A stretch of 64,000 nucleotides of DNA from an uncultured bacterium (GTDB lineage Bacteria; Patescibacteriota; Saccharimonadia; Saccharimonadales; Saccharimonadaceae): assembly GCA_903952435.1 (NCBI GenBank), contig CAJBFN010000009.1, forward strand, positions 92 through 64,091, read 5' to 3'. Each line of letters opens with the position of its first letter. Position 1 is the first letter of the stretch. Made by a program: the position numbers and the translations under genes. This document shows positions 54,076 through 64,000 of this stretch, in pieces. Below the pieces are notes generated by a model, which worked only from the letters and a program-made list of their open reading frames with translations, did not search any database and had not been told where the DNA came from.

Positions 54076-54128
54076 ATATTTATAACAACGATTAGCACGA
54101 TAAAACAGAATAAAACTAAATAATCAGA

Positions 54129-55598
54129 TTATTCTTTACCGCGCAAAAAGTCCATAACATTGACTGCCGAAAAGCGCAGACCGTATCTACCAACAAGCCT
54201 TCTAACAACTTCCGGGGTCTGGTCACCCAAAGTTACAATTGGCTTTGGCTTTTCCTTTTCGTCATTATAAATCTGCCCTAGGCCAATGGTTGACAATAAA
54301 CCATTACATAAACACAAACTGCCTAACGTCCTCTCAATATTTCCATTTTTAGAAACATATCTCGATTCAGGTTCTGCAGGACAACGATAATCAATTCTCT
54401 CTAAACCACCAGCAGCTTCACAGACATACGGTTCACGCAGACCGCCCAAATCACATAACCGCCTTTTTCTGTCTTGAGATAGACCTTCAACAACCTTGAA
54501 AGGGAACCCTGTTGGCGATGCCTTGCTGCTAGTCAATATATTCATATCGCCATCTAATATTTGTCTTATTAGTTGCTCTCGCAATAACGGATCAATGCCG
54601 GATTCTTCGCACAAGGCAAAAACACTACCCGCCTGTATGCCATTGGCACCCTGTTTTTTTGCATCCATTAATCCCTCGGGAGTACCATAACCACCAGCTA
54701 ACCAAAAAGGCAAACCTAACTTAATAATTTTTTCAATTATAACCTTGTCACGATCACCATAAATAGGCTGATCGCGCTCGTCGAAACCCTTATCTCTGGC
54801 TGGTGCATTATGGCCACCCGCAGTTGGACCTTCAATAACTAAACCATCAGCTTTAATTGAGTCGATATGACTACGCGAAAGTCTTTCAGCTAAGGCATTG
54901 GAAGCTACGATTGCCAAAAAAGCAGGTTTTTCGTTATTATTCTCAATCTCTGGATATTTTGCCGGATCAAAAACAATTTCATTCTCAACACCGCTACCAG
55001 TAACGTAAAATTTTGTCTTGGCGGGCTGTCTATTAGCTATATTCTCAATCGCCTGAGGTATATCTTTTGGTATGCCAGCTCCCATAACAACACAATCAAC
55101 ATCGGCCAGCATAGCACCATATAAGGCGCTAAAAGTAGGTAACTGCAATTTTGTAAGCAAATTTATGCCGACCATACCAGGCTGTCTGCCACTAGTGCTA
55201 GCTAAATTTTTAGCAAGCCATACTTCTGCAAACGCTGCTGCCATATTCAAATCCTCAACCAACCCAAGGTCATAAGGCTTAAATGTAGTCATTGGCACAT
55301 TTTTATAAGGCTGATTCAGCCGACGACCATCTGGCAAATAATAATCATTGATAATCTTATTAGCAATTTTTTGATCAGGAAAATGTTCAAGCGCATAGCG
55401 CATAGCACCATCAACATCACCGTCTTGTAGACGCCGCGCCATAACTACATCAGCCGCAGTGCCAGACACTATACCTAGACCACCATCACCAGCGACTTCG
55501 CCAGCCAGACACCAATCAGATACACCTACGCCCATGCCGCCCTGAATAATTTCTGGTATTTTATTAACTCGTTCGACTGAATTTAAGGTCTCCATCAT
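54129..55598 (-). CDS. nitronate monooxygenase / NAD(P)H-dependent flavin oxidoreductase family protein
   Basis: IIQGGMGVGVS N-terminal motif, TIM-barrel FMN-binding pattern. Confidence 0.75.
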   Translation of the reverse strand: MMETLNSVERVNKIPEIIQGGMGVGVSDWCLAGEVAGDGGLGIVSGTAADVVMARRLQDGDVDGAMRYALEHFPDQKIANKIINDYYLPDGRRLNQPYKNVPMTTFKPYDLGLVEDLNMAAAFAEVWLAKNLASTSGRQPGMVGINLLTKLQLPTFSALYGAMLADVDCVVMGAGIPKDIPQAIENIANRQPAKTKFYVTGSGVENEIVFDPAKYPEIENNNEKPAFLAIVASNALAERLSRSHIDSIKADGLVIEGPTAGGHNAPARDKGFDERDQPIYGDRDKVIIEKIIKLGLPFWLAGGYGTPEGLMDAKKQGANGIQAGSVFALCEESGIDPLLREQLIRQILDGDMNILTSSKASPTGFPFKVVEGLSQDRKRRLCDLGGLREPYVCEAAGGLERIDYRCPAEPESRYVSKNGNIERTLGSLCLCNGLLSTIGLGQIYNDEKEKPKPIVTLGDQTPEVVRRLVGRYGLRFSAVNVMDFLRGKE

Positions 55599-55660
55599 CT
55601 TTATGGATTATAAGTTAATATGAGGACAATGTCCAAAGACATGATTAACTAAATAAAATC

Positions 55661-55693
55661 AAATTAAATGAGCGGCCATAATTGGCCGCTCAT
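55661..55693 (-). terminator. intrinsic terminator (minus strand)
   Basis: ATGAGCGGCCA-TAAT-TGGCCGCTCAT with a T-rich tail on the minus strand. Confidence 0.75.
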
Positions 55694-55720
55694 AGTTTGT
55701 GTCATAAACACATATTTTTT

Positions 55721-56869
55721 TCAATTTTCAAGGAGTTCAATTTCTGTTAAGATATTGGTCAGTTTATTTTTACTAAGACCAAACTCTTCCAGATCTTTTT
55801 TAAGTTCTGACAGCCGTTCCCGATTAATCACAGACCTGTCATACAAGTTTCGCTTAACGCCAAGCTTATTCACTACATCATCATACTGTGATTTTGTAAT
55901 AATATTGACGTCAAGAAGTGAGTCAATCGGAATTTCATTTATACTCTTCGTACAAAATGCTATACCGACGCTAAATATACCGTCCTCAAATTCAACCGAA
56001 TAAACATCGCTTGAACGATTAGGCTCTTCGCAAGATTCAAGATTGCCGGAATCAAATATCTTATGCACCGCAACAATCTTCTTGCCGTAAAAACTGGTCA
56101 TATTATTTGTTCGTTGGCCTCTGGAACATGGGTTATCCTTCTGATCAAAAAAATCAGCAAGATCAGGTTTCCAATTGACCATATAGTCCAAATCGAAAAC
56201 CCTACCAGCCCATTTCCAACTACGCGACTCTTTTTCTTTTTTGAGTCGCAACAACCCGGCTTCAATGTTTATAATATTATTATAGACATCGCGCCGATCC
56301 CGTTTATCAGACAATAAAAATGATTCCTGCAGGGCACGTCTTTCTTTAGCCAATGACACAATATTATCTGCCAAAGATTTATAGTGCGCCAATTCTTTAA
56401 TTCGCTCATCATTATCATTTTCCGTAAACATACCAGCCTTTATTAAAAGATTAAAGTCCGGCACATCTCTTTTCTCAAATGGATTGATTAACGTGATACC
56501 CTTGGTAAATAAAGCACCGATTTTTCCGTCATCAAATTTTATACAACAGATTGCGCCACTAGCATCAGAAAGGCCACGCGAAAACACCAAAGACGAACCA
56601 TTGATAGTTTCCAAGCTTACGATTTTTCTGCCAACCCATTCATCAGCACTTACAAGATTATTAAATATCTCGTAAAGTCCAAGATCCTGGCAAGCAAGCG
56701 CTAACTTAAACTTCGATGAACGACCATCGACTATTATATCGCCCTCACACACAGGCATTCCATCTGTAGTGTAAAGCACCCGACCTTCATTTACTGACTT
56801 ATCCCATTCACTTGCGAATGTAAACAAACCTACCATCTCCTTCAAATTTTTAAAATTGCTTTGAACCAA
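55721..56869 (-). CDS. hypothetical protein (382 aa, central coiled-coil-like segment)
   Basis: ORF track; TTG start uncertain; promoter TTGACT-17-TAAAAT upstream on the minus strand. Confidence 0.6.
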   Translation of the reverse strand: MVQSNFKNLKEMVGLFTFASEWDKSVNEGRVLYTTDGMPVCEGDIIVDGRSSKFKLALACQDLGLYEIFNNLVSADEWVGRKIVSLETINGSSLVFSRGLSDASGAICCIKFDDGKIGALFTKGITLINPFEKRDVPDFNLLIKAGMFTENDNDERIKELAHYKSLADNIVSLAKERRALQESFLLSDKRDRRDVYNNIINIEAGLLRLKKEKESRSWKWAGRVFDLDYMVNWKPDLADFFDQKDNPCSRGQRTNNMTSFYGKKIVAVHKIFDSGNLESCEEPNRSSDVYSVEFEDGIFSVGIAFCTKSINEIPIDSLLDVNIITKSQYDDVVNKLGVKRNLYDRSVINRERLSELKKDLEEFGLSKNKLTNILTEIELLEN

Positions 56870-56958
56870 TAAGGAACAATTCTATTAATATTTTACAACA
56901 TAATTCGCGTATAGTCAATATTTATCTAAATTACCATTTTTAGGTTATACTTAATCAG

Positions 56959-58263
56959 ATGAAGAAAAAGATTTTACCGATTGTTAATATAAAATTAGAT
57001 AAGATAGTTGGCGGCGGGCAAGCGCTTGGCACTCTTGAAGGTGGCCGAAAAATGTTTATTTGGGGCGGATTGCCAGGTGAAACCGTCAACGCACAAATGA
57101 CAAAGAAAAAATCTAATCTGGCCGAAGGTATCGTTACAGAAGTTCTCGAAAAGTCAAAAGATAGAATTGAACCCAAAGACCCAGATAGCTATCTTTCAAC
57201 TAGCCCTTGGCAAATTATGAGTTTTGAAGCCGAGCAGAATTATAAAGCAGCTTTAATCGAAGAAGCTTTTGAACTACACGACATCGTTTTGCCTGAAAAA
57301 ATCGAAGTTTATACTGATAAAAAACAATACGAATATCGCAATAAAATTGAATATAGTTGGTATTGGAATAAAGAATCAGACACACTAGATCTAGCGTTTT
57401 TCCGCCGTGGCACTCATGGTAAAATTCCGATTGAATCTACCAGCTTAGCTAATCCCGAGGTTAATCGAGCCGCAATAGCTATGCGCGACCTATTAAGAAA
57501 AAAAGTAGATGTCCGCGCTTTCATGCTTAAAACATTGCTAGTTAGATGTGATCAATCAGGCAATGTCGCAATGCAATTATATGTTCGTGAATCAGATTTT
57601 CCGATATTAAAAGACTTCGAAATTGAGCTATTAAGAGTAAGTGGCTTTGAATTAATCTTTTCTAATCCCCAAAGCCCAGCCAGTGTAATCACAAAAAGAC
57701 TACAACAATGGGGGATAGTTAATTTGTCAGATACAATACTTGGCACACCATTCACATATGCAGTCGAAGGCTTCTTCCAAATCAACATACCCATCTACGA
57801 GCAAGCCCTGAAAGATATGAAAAAGTGGGTAATTGCTAAAAAACCAGTCGTTGACCTTTACAGTGGTGTTGGCACCATTGGTATGACAATAGGTGGCGAA
57901 AATGTCACACTTGTCGAGATTAACGAGCATGCTGTTATAGAAATGAAGCGAAACATCAAAGCCCTAGACCGCGAAAAAGCAATCAAAGCAATCCTAGCGC
58001 CAAGCGAAAAAGCCCTGGAATATATAAAAGGCGATTCGACGATCATTGTCGATCCGCCACGCGCCGGTCTGCACGAAGATGTCGTTAATAAATTACTTGA
58101 AACAAAACCTGCTCGAATTATTTATCTGTCATGCAACCCAGTAACCCAGGCCCGCGACACAGCCAGATTAGCCGAAAGCTATGGAATTAAATATCACCGT
58201 GGATATAATTTCTTTCCAAGAACACCACACATTGAGAATCTAGTAGTTTTAGATCTAAAATAA
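56959..58263 (+). CDS. TrmA/RlmD-family SAM-dependent RNA (uracil-5)-methyltransferase
   Basis: N-terminal TRAM-like region; DLYSGVGT SAM motif; DPPRAG; YLSCNPVTQARD. Confidence 0.85.
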   Translation: MKKKILPIVNIKLDKIVGGGQALGTLEGGRKMFIWGGLPGETVNAQMTKKKSNLAEGIVTEVLEKSKDRIEPKDPDSYLSTSPWQIMSFEAEQNYKAALIEEAFELHDIVLPEKIEVYTDKKQYEYRNKIEYSWYWNKESDTLDLAFFRRGTHGKIPIESTSLANPEVNRAAIAMRDLLRKKVDVRAFMLKTLLVRCDQSGNVAMQLYVRESDFPILKDFEIELLRVSGFELIFSNPQSPASVITKRLQQWGIVNLSDTILGTPFTYAVEGFFQINIPIYEQALKDMKKWVIAKKPVVDLYSGVGTIGMTIGGENVTLVEINEHAVIEMKRNIKALDREKAIKAILAPSEKALEYIKGDSTIIVDPPRAGLHEDVVNKLLETKPARIIYLSCNPVTQARDTARLAESYGIKYHRGYNFFPRTPHIENLVVLDLK

Positions 58264-58299
58264 CTAGCATACTACAAACAAATCCACTACAATAAGCTT

Positions 58300-59919
58300 A
58301 TGCATAAGTCAAAAAGCGGCTTTACTATTATTGAGTTGATCGTGGTTATTATGGTTATTGGCATACTCGCTACAATTGGAGTTATATCTTATAACGGTGT
58401 TCAGGCAAAAACTCGCGATGCACAAAGAGCTAGTCAAATCAGTATTATTCAAGATGCCTTAGAAAAATATTACAGCAAAAACGGCGAATATCCTAGTTGC
58501 AACATAATGTCATCAGCAACGCCAACAGTAGTGACATCAACCTTAATAGGCCTTGATCCGAGTGTATTAAAAGCCCCTAAAGATAGTAGTGCAAACTCTA
58601 TAAATACATGCATGCCGCTCCTACCGACCAACGGTGATAAGTTTTCATACACCGTCGATCCGACTAGTTGTCTACCAGTAAATACATGCCAGCAATATAC
58701 TCTGGAATATAACAGCGAGGTTACGTCAACAACTATATCAGTGCCCAGTCGCCACAAAGTAGCCTCGAATGTAGCTGATCCATTAGATAAACCGACTATA
58801 AATGTGTCGTCTGTAAACTCCGCCACCAACTTAGCAACGATTCGACTTACCATGACAACATTATCAGTATGCACAACTGGCACTTATCAATATAGAATTG
58901 GCAGCAGTGCGCAAAATAGCGACGCATCATGGTCTAATTATTTATATACTGATTGGGGGACAACGTCATCATTAGACACCCAACAGCCAGTAATATATGG
59001 CGCCAAATATAGATTTAAAGCTGAAGCTAGATGTGTTTATTACAGCCAAATAAGTAACTCATTATATAGCGACGAGCAATCTCTAAACGTCACCATACCT
59101 ACACCATCACAAATATCTGGTCTAATATTAGACACGACAAATACTGATCCAACATACATAAAATACATATGGAACCCAGTTGCTGGGTGTACTGACGACA
59201 CAACAGTCGAATATCGCTATGGATATTATGGTACTAACGGATTTGACTCTATGGCTCCAGGCATGACGCCCAGCGGTTATATTATTGGAACCAGCAATTC
59301 AGTTTCTATTAGTTCTTCATTACTATGGGCTGGATATACTTACAATATAAAAGTCTGGGCGCTGTGTCATAACAGTTATGGATACGGTAGCCCCGGTGCA
59401 GTAACTATATCAGCAAATTATTTATCGCCCGTCCCTGCGCCCGGCACAATATCAAACCCTATAGCATTTAACCCAGCTGTCAGATTTGAGAATTCAACAG
59501 ATCCCGCTATTATAGCCATGAGGAATGCTGGTTATGGGACATACGGGGCAGTATTCTCGTCCAACTCATCCTGCAAGACAGGAAGCGTACTATACTCAGC
59601 CTTAGATGTATACTTACCATCAGGATATATTTGGTATTGGAACCCTATGTATGGCTCAGGACCAAGTACCGGATGGTGGGCAGATTTTAACGGCAGTTGG
59701 TTTAGCCTATGGTTTAACACCCACATGATAAGCCCAACAATAAATAGTGCATATAATTATTATGGTAATACAATTAATATCATAGTAACATCATCAGGCC
59801 CGCTTACATCTGGCATGCCATGGAAGATAAGAATTAACATGAAATGCGTAAACACAACAACCCATCTTGAAAGTCCTGAGTCGGGAGTGATAACAAGCAG
59901 CGATTTACTAATACCATGA
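58300..59919 (+). CDS. large type IV pilin-like protein (prepilin-type N-terminal cleavage/methylation domain)
   Basis: KSG|FTIIELIVVIMVIGILA class III signal. Confidence 0.8.
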   Translation: MHKSKSGFTIIELIVVIMVIGILATIGVISYNGVQAKTRDAQRASQISIIQDALEKYYSKNGEYPSCNIMSSATPTVVTSTLIGLDPSVLKAPKDSSANSINTCMPLLPTNGDKFSYTVDPTSCLPVNTCQQYTLEYNSEVTSTTISVPSRHKVASNVADPLDKPTINVSSVNSATNLATIRLTMTTLSVCTTGTYQYRIGSSAQNSDASWSNYLYTDWGTTSSLDTQQPVIYGAKYRFKAEARCVYYSQISNSLYSDEQSLNVTIPTPSQISGLILDTTNTDPTYIKYIWNPVAGCTDDTTVEYRYGYYGTNGFDSMAPGMTPSGYIIGTSNSVSISSSLLWAGYTYNIKVWALCHNSYGYGSPGAVTISANYLSPVPAPGTISNPIAFNPAVRFENSTDPAIIAMRNAGYGTYGAVFSSNSSCKTGSVLYSALDVYLPSGYIWYWNPMYGSGPSTGWWADFNGSWFSLWFNTHMISPTINSAYNYYGNTINIIVTSSGPLTSGMPWKIRINMKCVNTTTHLESPESGVITSSDLLIP

Positions 59920-59936
59920 TATAAAAAGGAAATACA

Positions 59937-60293
59937 ATGACAATTAAGAAAAAAATTATTTTATCATTAGCTATAATTATATTCGTTGCTATAGCGGCAT
60001 TGACTACGATAATAATTTTAAATTCAATTAACAAAAAAACAACGATAATTACCGATACTACAGATAAAAGCCAACAAATCGCCGCACCAGCTAATGATTA
60101 TGAGATAAAGGCAGATACAGCCGCTGCGGCAGGTGATACAACCACCGCTAAAACCTTATATGATCAAGCTAAGCAAGTCTACACGCAAGATGCGCAATCA
60201 AGTAATCAGGCAACAATAGATGCCAAACTATACCTATTAGAAAACCCACCGGCTACACCAGAACCAGCACCGCCATTATATATTCAGTTATAA
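59937..60293 (+). CDS. N-terminally anchored hypothetical protein
   Basis: AAGGAAA SD; one TM helix. Confidence 0.5.
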   Translation: MTIKKKIILSLAIIIFVAIAALTTIIILNSINKKTTIITDTTDKSQQIAAPANDYEIKADTAAAAGDTTTAKTLYDQAKQVYTQDAQSSNQATIDAKLYLLENPPATPEPAPPLYIQL

Positions 60294-60298
60294 AAAGA

Positions 60299-60787
60299 TC
60301 AACTAGTCTTAATCCGCCGATAAGCAAATTTTGCCGCTGGTCGCCAGTTAGTATTTGAATCACTATCAAACCTGTAAATATGACCATCTTTAACTTCGCT
60401 AATTAAAATCAGTGCTGGATTATAGGGCGCCAATGTTTTATAAAAAATAATATCTTGATCACTAATATTCTTGCGACCCGGAAAAACTTCGCAAAATTTA
60501 CTGCGTCCAAAATCATTAAAATAATCCGGTCGGCTTTTTGGCGGCAAGTAAGTATCGGCCGTTAAGCCCATATTAAAAACTATCTTTTTAATATCACCAA
60601 AAGATAATTTTGATTTTCCGTTAATATATAAAAATAGTTGTTTTTTAGAGGTTAGAAACAGGGTAGCTTCGGCCATTTGGCTGACTGGCACATTAAATAA
60701 AATTGCCTGCCGAATATCGGCGTCGACTCCAAACCTCTCTTTAATTGCTCGTTGTAACGCCAATTCCTCGTATGTTCTGTCGCTCAT
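60299..60787 (-). CDS. hypothetical protein
   Basis: 162-aa ORF. Confidence 0.55.
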   Translation of the reverse strand: MSDRTYEELALQRAIKERFGVDADIRQAILFNVPVSQMAEATLFLTSKKQLFLYINGKSKLSFGDIKKIVFNMGLTADTYLPPKSRPDYFNDFGRSKFCEVFPGRKNISDQDIIFYKTLAPYNPALILISEVKDGHIYRFDSDSNTNWRPAAKFAYRRIKTS

Positions 60788-60858
60788 ATAATACTATTGT
60801 AACACCTTTGACAAGATGGCAACTCGACTAGGCCTATTTAATCGACTACAATAAAGAT

Positions 60859-63800
60859 ATGAACTTTGAGGATAGATATACTAAATTAAATGTCGAACAA
60901 AAAGAGGCGGTCGATATTATTGACGGACCGGTCATGGTAATTGCCGGTCCAGGCACTGGCAAGACTGAACTTTTAAGCATCCGCGTTGCCAACATCCTCA
61001 ACAAAACTGACACCTTGCCTGAAAATATCTTATGTCTTACTTTTACCGATAGTGGCGCCAAGGCAATGCGCGAAAGGCTAGTTCAAATAATTGGCAAAGA
61101 GGCGTATAAGGTCGCGATTCACACTTTCCATAGTTTTGGGTCAGAAGTAATTAATCAAAACGGACAATATTTCTATAATGGTGCTAATTTTAAACCAGCC
61201 GATGAACTAAGCAGTTACGAGATAATACGCGATATATTGCAAAAACTTGATCACAAAAATCCCTTAATTAGCCAATTAAATGGCGAATATACGCATTTGT
61301 CGGACATATTTAGGGCTATATCTGAAATAAAGAAAAACGGACTCAATGGTGACGAATTAGTTAAGATATTGGATATAAACGACGCGGCAATCGAAAAAAT
61401 CGAGAAGCTAATTGCGCCAATTTTTAGCGAAAGAATTAGCAAAAAAACCTTAATTTTAGCCAAAAATATAATACAGCCAATTCGCAATATTAATGAAAAA
61501 CAGGACTTATCGTCGATTGTGCCGCTGTCACAAGTTATAGCCGATGCGATAGAAAACGCGATAATCGAAGCTGAAGCCTCAGGATCAACCAAGCCAATAA
61601 CCGCTTGGAAAGGCTTATGGCTCGAAAAAGACAATAACAACCAATTTATTCTTAAAACACGCAATCGACAAACTAAACTACGCGCCCTTGGGCTAATTTA
61701 TGACCAATACATAAAAGACATGCAGGCAGCAGAGCTGTATGACTTTGATGATATGATCTTGCAAATCGTTCATAAAATGGAGGATAATGACGATTTGCGC
61801 TTTAACTTGCAAGAAAAACATCAATATATTATGGTTGACGAATTTCAAGACACCAATATGGCACAAATGCGTATCTTGCATAATTTAACCAATAACCCAG
61901 CCCAAGGCGACACGCCAAATATACTAGTAGTAGGTGATGACGACCAAGCTATTTACAGCTTTCAAGGTGCTGACGTTAGTAATATTATTGAGTTCCGCAA
62001 TACTTATCCAAAATCTAAAATTATCACCTTAATTCAAAATTATCGATCGACGCAGAGTGTCCTAGAAGCTTCGCGCGATGTTATTTTGCAAGGTGAAAAT
62101 CGACTTGAAAATGTGTTTAAAGACATAAACAAGAAGTTAACCGCTCAATATTATACAAAAAATAGCGTAAAGATATATGAGGCCGAAACGACATCTATTG
62201 AGTATTATTTCATAACCCAAAATATAAAATCAGCTATAGACGCTGGACAAAACCCAAATGAAATTACAGTTATTACCCGACATCACAAAGAGATAAAGGA
62301 GTTACTACCTTATCTTTATCAAGCGAATATAAGCGTAAATTATGAGCAACAAGATAATATCCTAGACCAAGAAATAATAATTTTAATCGAGCAAATTTCT
62401 AAACTGTTAATGCATCTGGCCGATAGTCGACATGATGATGCTAATTCAAGCCTGCCTAATATTTTAGCTCATCCAGCTTTTGGAATAGACCCGATAAATT
62501 TATGGAAATTAAGCTCTGACGCTTATGACACCCACAAGCGCTGGTTAGATGTGATGGCCGATAATCAAGAATTTAAACCATTACAAGATTGGATTATAAA
62601 AGCTACAGCACTAATCGATCAGACACCAGTCGAGCAAATGCTAGATATTATTATAGGCAATCCAAAAGACAAAAATGATGGTTTTAATAGTCCAATTTAC
62701 GATTACTTCTTTTCAACAAAAAAAATAACAAATAATCCGGCGCAATATTTGAATTACCTCAAATCTTTGCGCACCTTACGCGATAGATTACGCGAATACA
62801 AGCCTAGCCAAAATCAAACACTCAGAACTTTGGCCGAGTTTATATCTTTAAATCGTCAAATGAATCGAACGATTAATCTGTCCCGACAGTCCGCTAGATT
62901 AGACTGCGCTATTAATGTTATGACAGCCCATAAAGCGAAAGGGTTAGAATTTACCACTGTCTATATTACAAATGCTACCGAAAAGGTCTGGGGCGCCAAG
63001 GCGCGAAGCCGTAATCGATTGATAAATTATCCCGAGAATTTGCCTTTGGCACCAGCTGGCGAAACTAGCGACGAAAAATTAAGATTATTTTACGTTGCCA
63101 TGACCCGCGCCAAACAAAACTTGATTATAACTTATAGCGAAGATAGCAATGGCCGAGGGAACTCAATCGCAGGATTGTTAATAAACGATAAACTCAAACC
63201 AATTAAAATCAATACAAAAACCGACATCAAGCAACTAGTTGAAACCGCTGAAATAAATTGGTATCAGCCGATTGTTGATCCAATAACGTCGAAGATGAAA
63301 GATTTATTGGCGCCAAAACTTGAAAACTACAAATTAAGTGCAACACACCTAAATAATTTTATAGATTTGGTTAACGGTGGGCCTACAATTTTCTTGCTGC
63401 ATAATCTACTAAGATTCCCGCAAGCTAAAACTGTTAATTCTATCTTTGGGACAGTAATCCACGATACACTTCAATCAGCTCATAACTATCTAGCGACTAA
63501 CGGCAAAAAGCAACCAATTGAGGATATAATTAAAAAATTTAAATCCTTAATAAAAAGACAACATCTTCTAAAGCAGGATCTGGATTTTTGTATTAAAAAG
63601 GGAAATGATATATTAAAAGTTTATCTGGAACAAAAATACGAGACCTTTGATCAGGCTCAGCGAACCGAGTTGAGTTTTTCTGGTCAACAATCAATGATAA
63701 ACGAAGCACATATCACCGGAAAATTAGACCTGGTCGAAATTAATAAAAAATCCAAAACTATAATAATCACAGATTATAAAACCGGAAAACCGGCAGAGTC

Positions 63801-64000
63801 ATGGAGAGGTCAGGCTGATTTTGAAAAAATAAAATTACATAAATATAAGCAACAATTATTGTTTTATAAGTTGCTGGTTGAAAATTCGCGCGATTATCAT
63901 AATTACGATGTGAGTCAGGGAATAATGCAATTCGTCGAACCGACCAAGGATGGCCGAATATTAAATATAGACACTGATTTTAAAGATGAAGACATGGATA
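60859..64000 (+). CDS. UvrD/PcrA-type helicase with C-terminal PD-(D/E)xK nuclease motifs (AddA-like), 3' partial
   Basis: Hand translation: AGPGTGKTE, VDEFQDTN, VVGDDDQAIYSFQGA, NYRST, TAHKAKGLEF, LFYVAMTRAK, then GKLDLVE...DYKTGK. No stop before the window end, so it is absent from the ORF track. Confidence 0.85.
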   Translation, partial: MNFEDRYTKLNVEQKEAVDIIDGPVMVIAGPGTGKTELLSIRVANILNKTDTLPENILCLTFTDSGAKAMRERLVQIIGKEAYKVAIHTFHSFGSEVINQNGQYFYNGANFKPADELSSYEIIRDILQKLDHKNPLISQLNGEYTHLSDIFRAISEIKKNGLNGDELVKILDINDAAIEKIEKLIAPIFSERISKKTLILAKNIIQPIRNINEKQDLSSIVPLSQVIADAIENAIIEAEASGSTKPITAWKGLWLEKDNNNQFILKTRNRQTKLRALGLIYDQYIKDMQAAELYDFDDMILQIVHKMEDNDDLRFNLQEKHQYIMVDEFQDTNMAQMRILHNLTNNPAQGDTPNILVVGDDDQAIYSFQGADVSNIIEFRNTYPKSKIITLIQNYRSTQSVLEASRDVILQGENRLENVFKDINKKLTAQYYTKNSVKIYEAETTSIEYYFITQNIKSAIDAGQNPNEITVITRHHKEIKELLPYLYQANISVNYEQQDNILDQEIIILIEQISKLLMHLADSRHDDANSSLPNILAHPAFGIDPINLWKLSSDAYDTHKRWLDVMADNQEFKPLQDWIIKATALIDQTPVEQMLDIIIGNPKDKNDGFNSPIYDYFFSTKKITNNPAQYLNYLKSLRTLRDRLREYKPSQNQTLRTLAEFISLNRQMNRTINLSRQSARLDCAINVMTAHKAKGLEFTTVYITNATEKVWGAKARSRNRLINYPENLPLAPAGETSDEKLRLFYVAMTRAKQNLIITYSEDSNGRGNSIAGLLINDKLKPIKINTKTDIKQLVETAEINWYQPIVDPITSKMKDLLAPKLENYKLSATHLNNFIDLVNGGPTIFLLHNLLRFPQAKTVNSIFGTVIHDTLQSAHNYLATNGKKQPIEDIIKKFKSLIKRQHLLKQDLDFCIKKGNDILKVYLEQKYETFDQAQRTELSFSGQQSMINEAHITGKLDLVEINKKSKTIIITDYKTGKPAESWRGQADFEKIKLHKYKQQLLFYKLLVENSRDYHNYDVSQGIMQFVEPTKDGRILNIDTDFKDEDMD

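Noticed and set aside
1-64000. CRISPR arrays, rRNA genes, prophage structural modules, recognisable multi-gene defence systems
   Set aside because: I saw no regularly spaced direct repeats, no rRNA-like conserved blocks, no capsid, terminase or integrase-type ORFs, and no known defence-gene signatures. The only repeats found are those listed above.

Overview
Low-GC, gene-dense bacterial chromosomal segment with about 65 plausible CDS and one intact tRNA. Core content: pyk; secE-nusG-rplK, rplA, rplJ-rplL; dnaX, dnaB, ybaB, recR, a DHH phosphoesterase, cysS; def, pyrD, alr; metK behind a SAM-I riboswitch; an ABC-F ATPase, an NRAMP transporter, a P-type ATPase, a histidine kinase, a TrmA/RlmD-type RNA methyltransferase, and a partial UvrD/AddA-like helicase-nuclease at the 3' edge. 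There are also many small tail-anchored or secreted hypothetical proteins and a 539-aa type IV pilin-like protein. Compact proteins, pilin-like surface proteins and many apparently leaderless genes fit a reduced-genome Patescibacteria/Saccharibacteria-like organism. That placement is inference only, since no search was possible. Main observations: (1) two covarying copies of a ~100-nt multi-hairpin RNA module, each embedded in tRNA-Gln-derived sequence on either side of the intact tRNA-Gln gene, next to a NYN-domain gene; (2) the ribosomal-protein cluster is interrupted by a reverse-strand HhH-type glycosylase-like gene (rplK|rplA) and by a dcd-tmk-thyX thymidylate module (rplA|rplJ), and rplL is followed by twin small-protein cassettes with conserved long leaders instead of rpoBC; (3) a 20-bp-stem structured leader or sRNA lies before a 56-aa membrane peptide next to an IS1595 element and a solitary MazF-like toxin; (4) a candidate -1 frameshift site in dnaX; (5) recurrent TATAAT-N6-9-ATG geometry suggesting leaderless mRNAs. 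No CRISPR array and no rRNA were seen.
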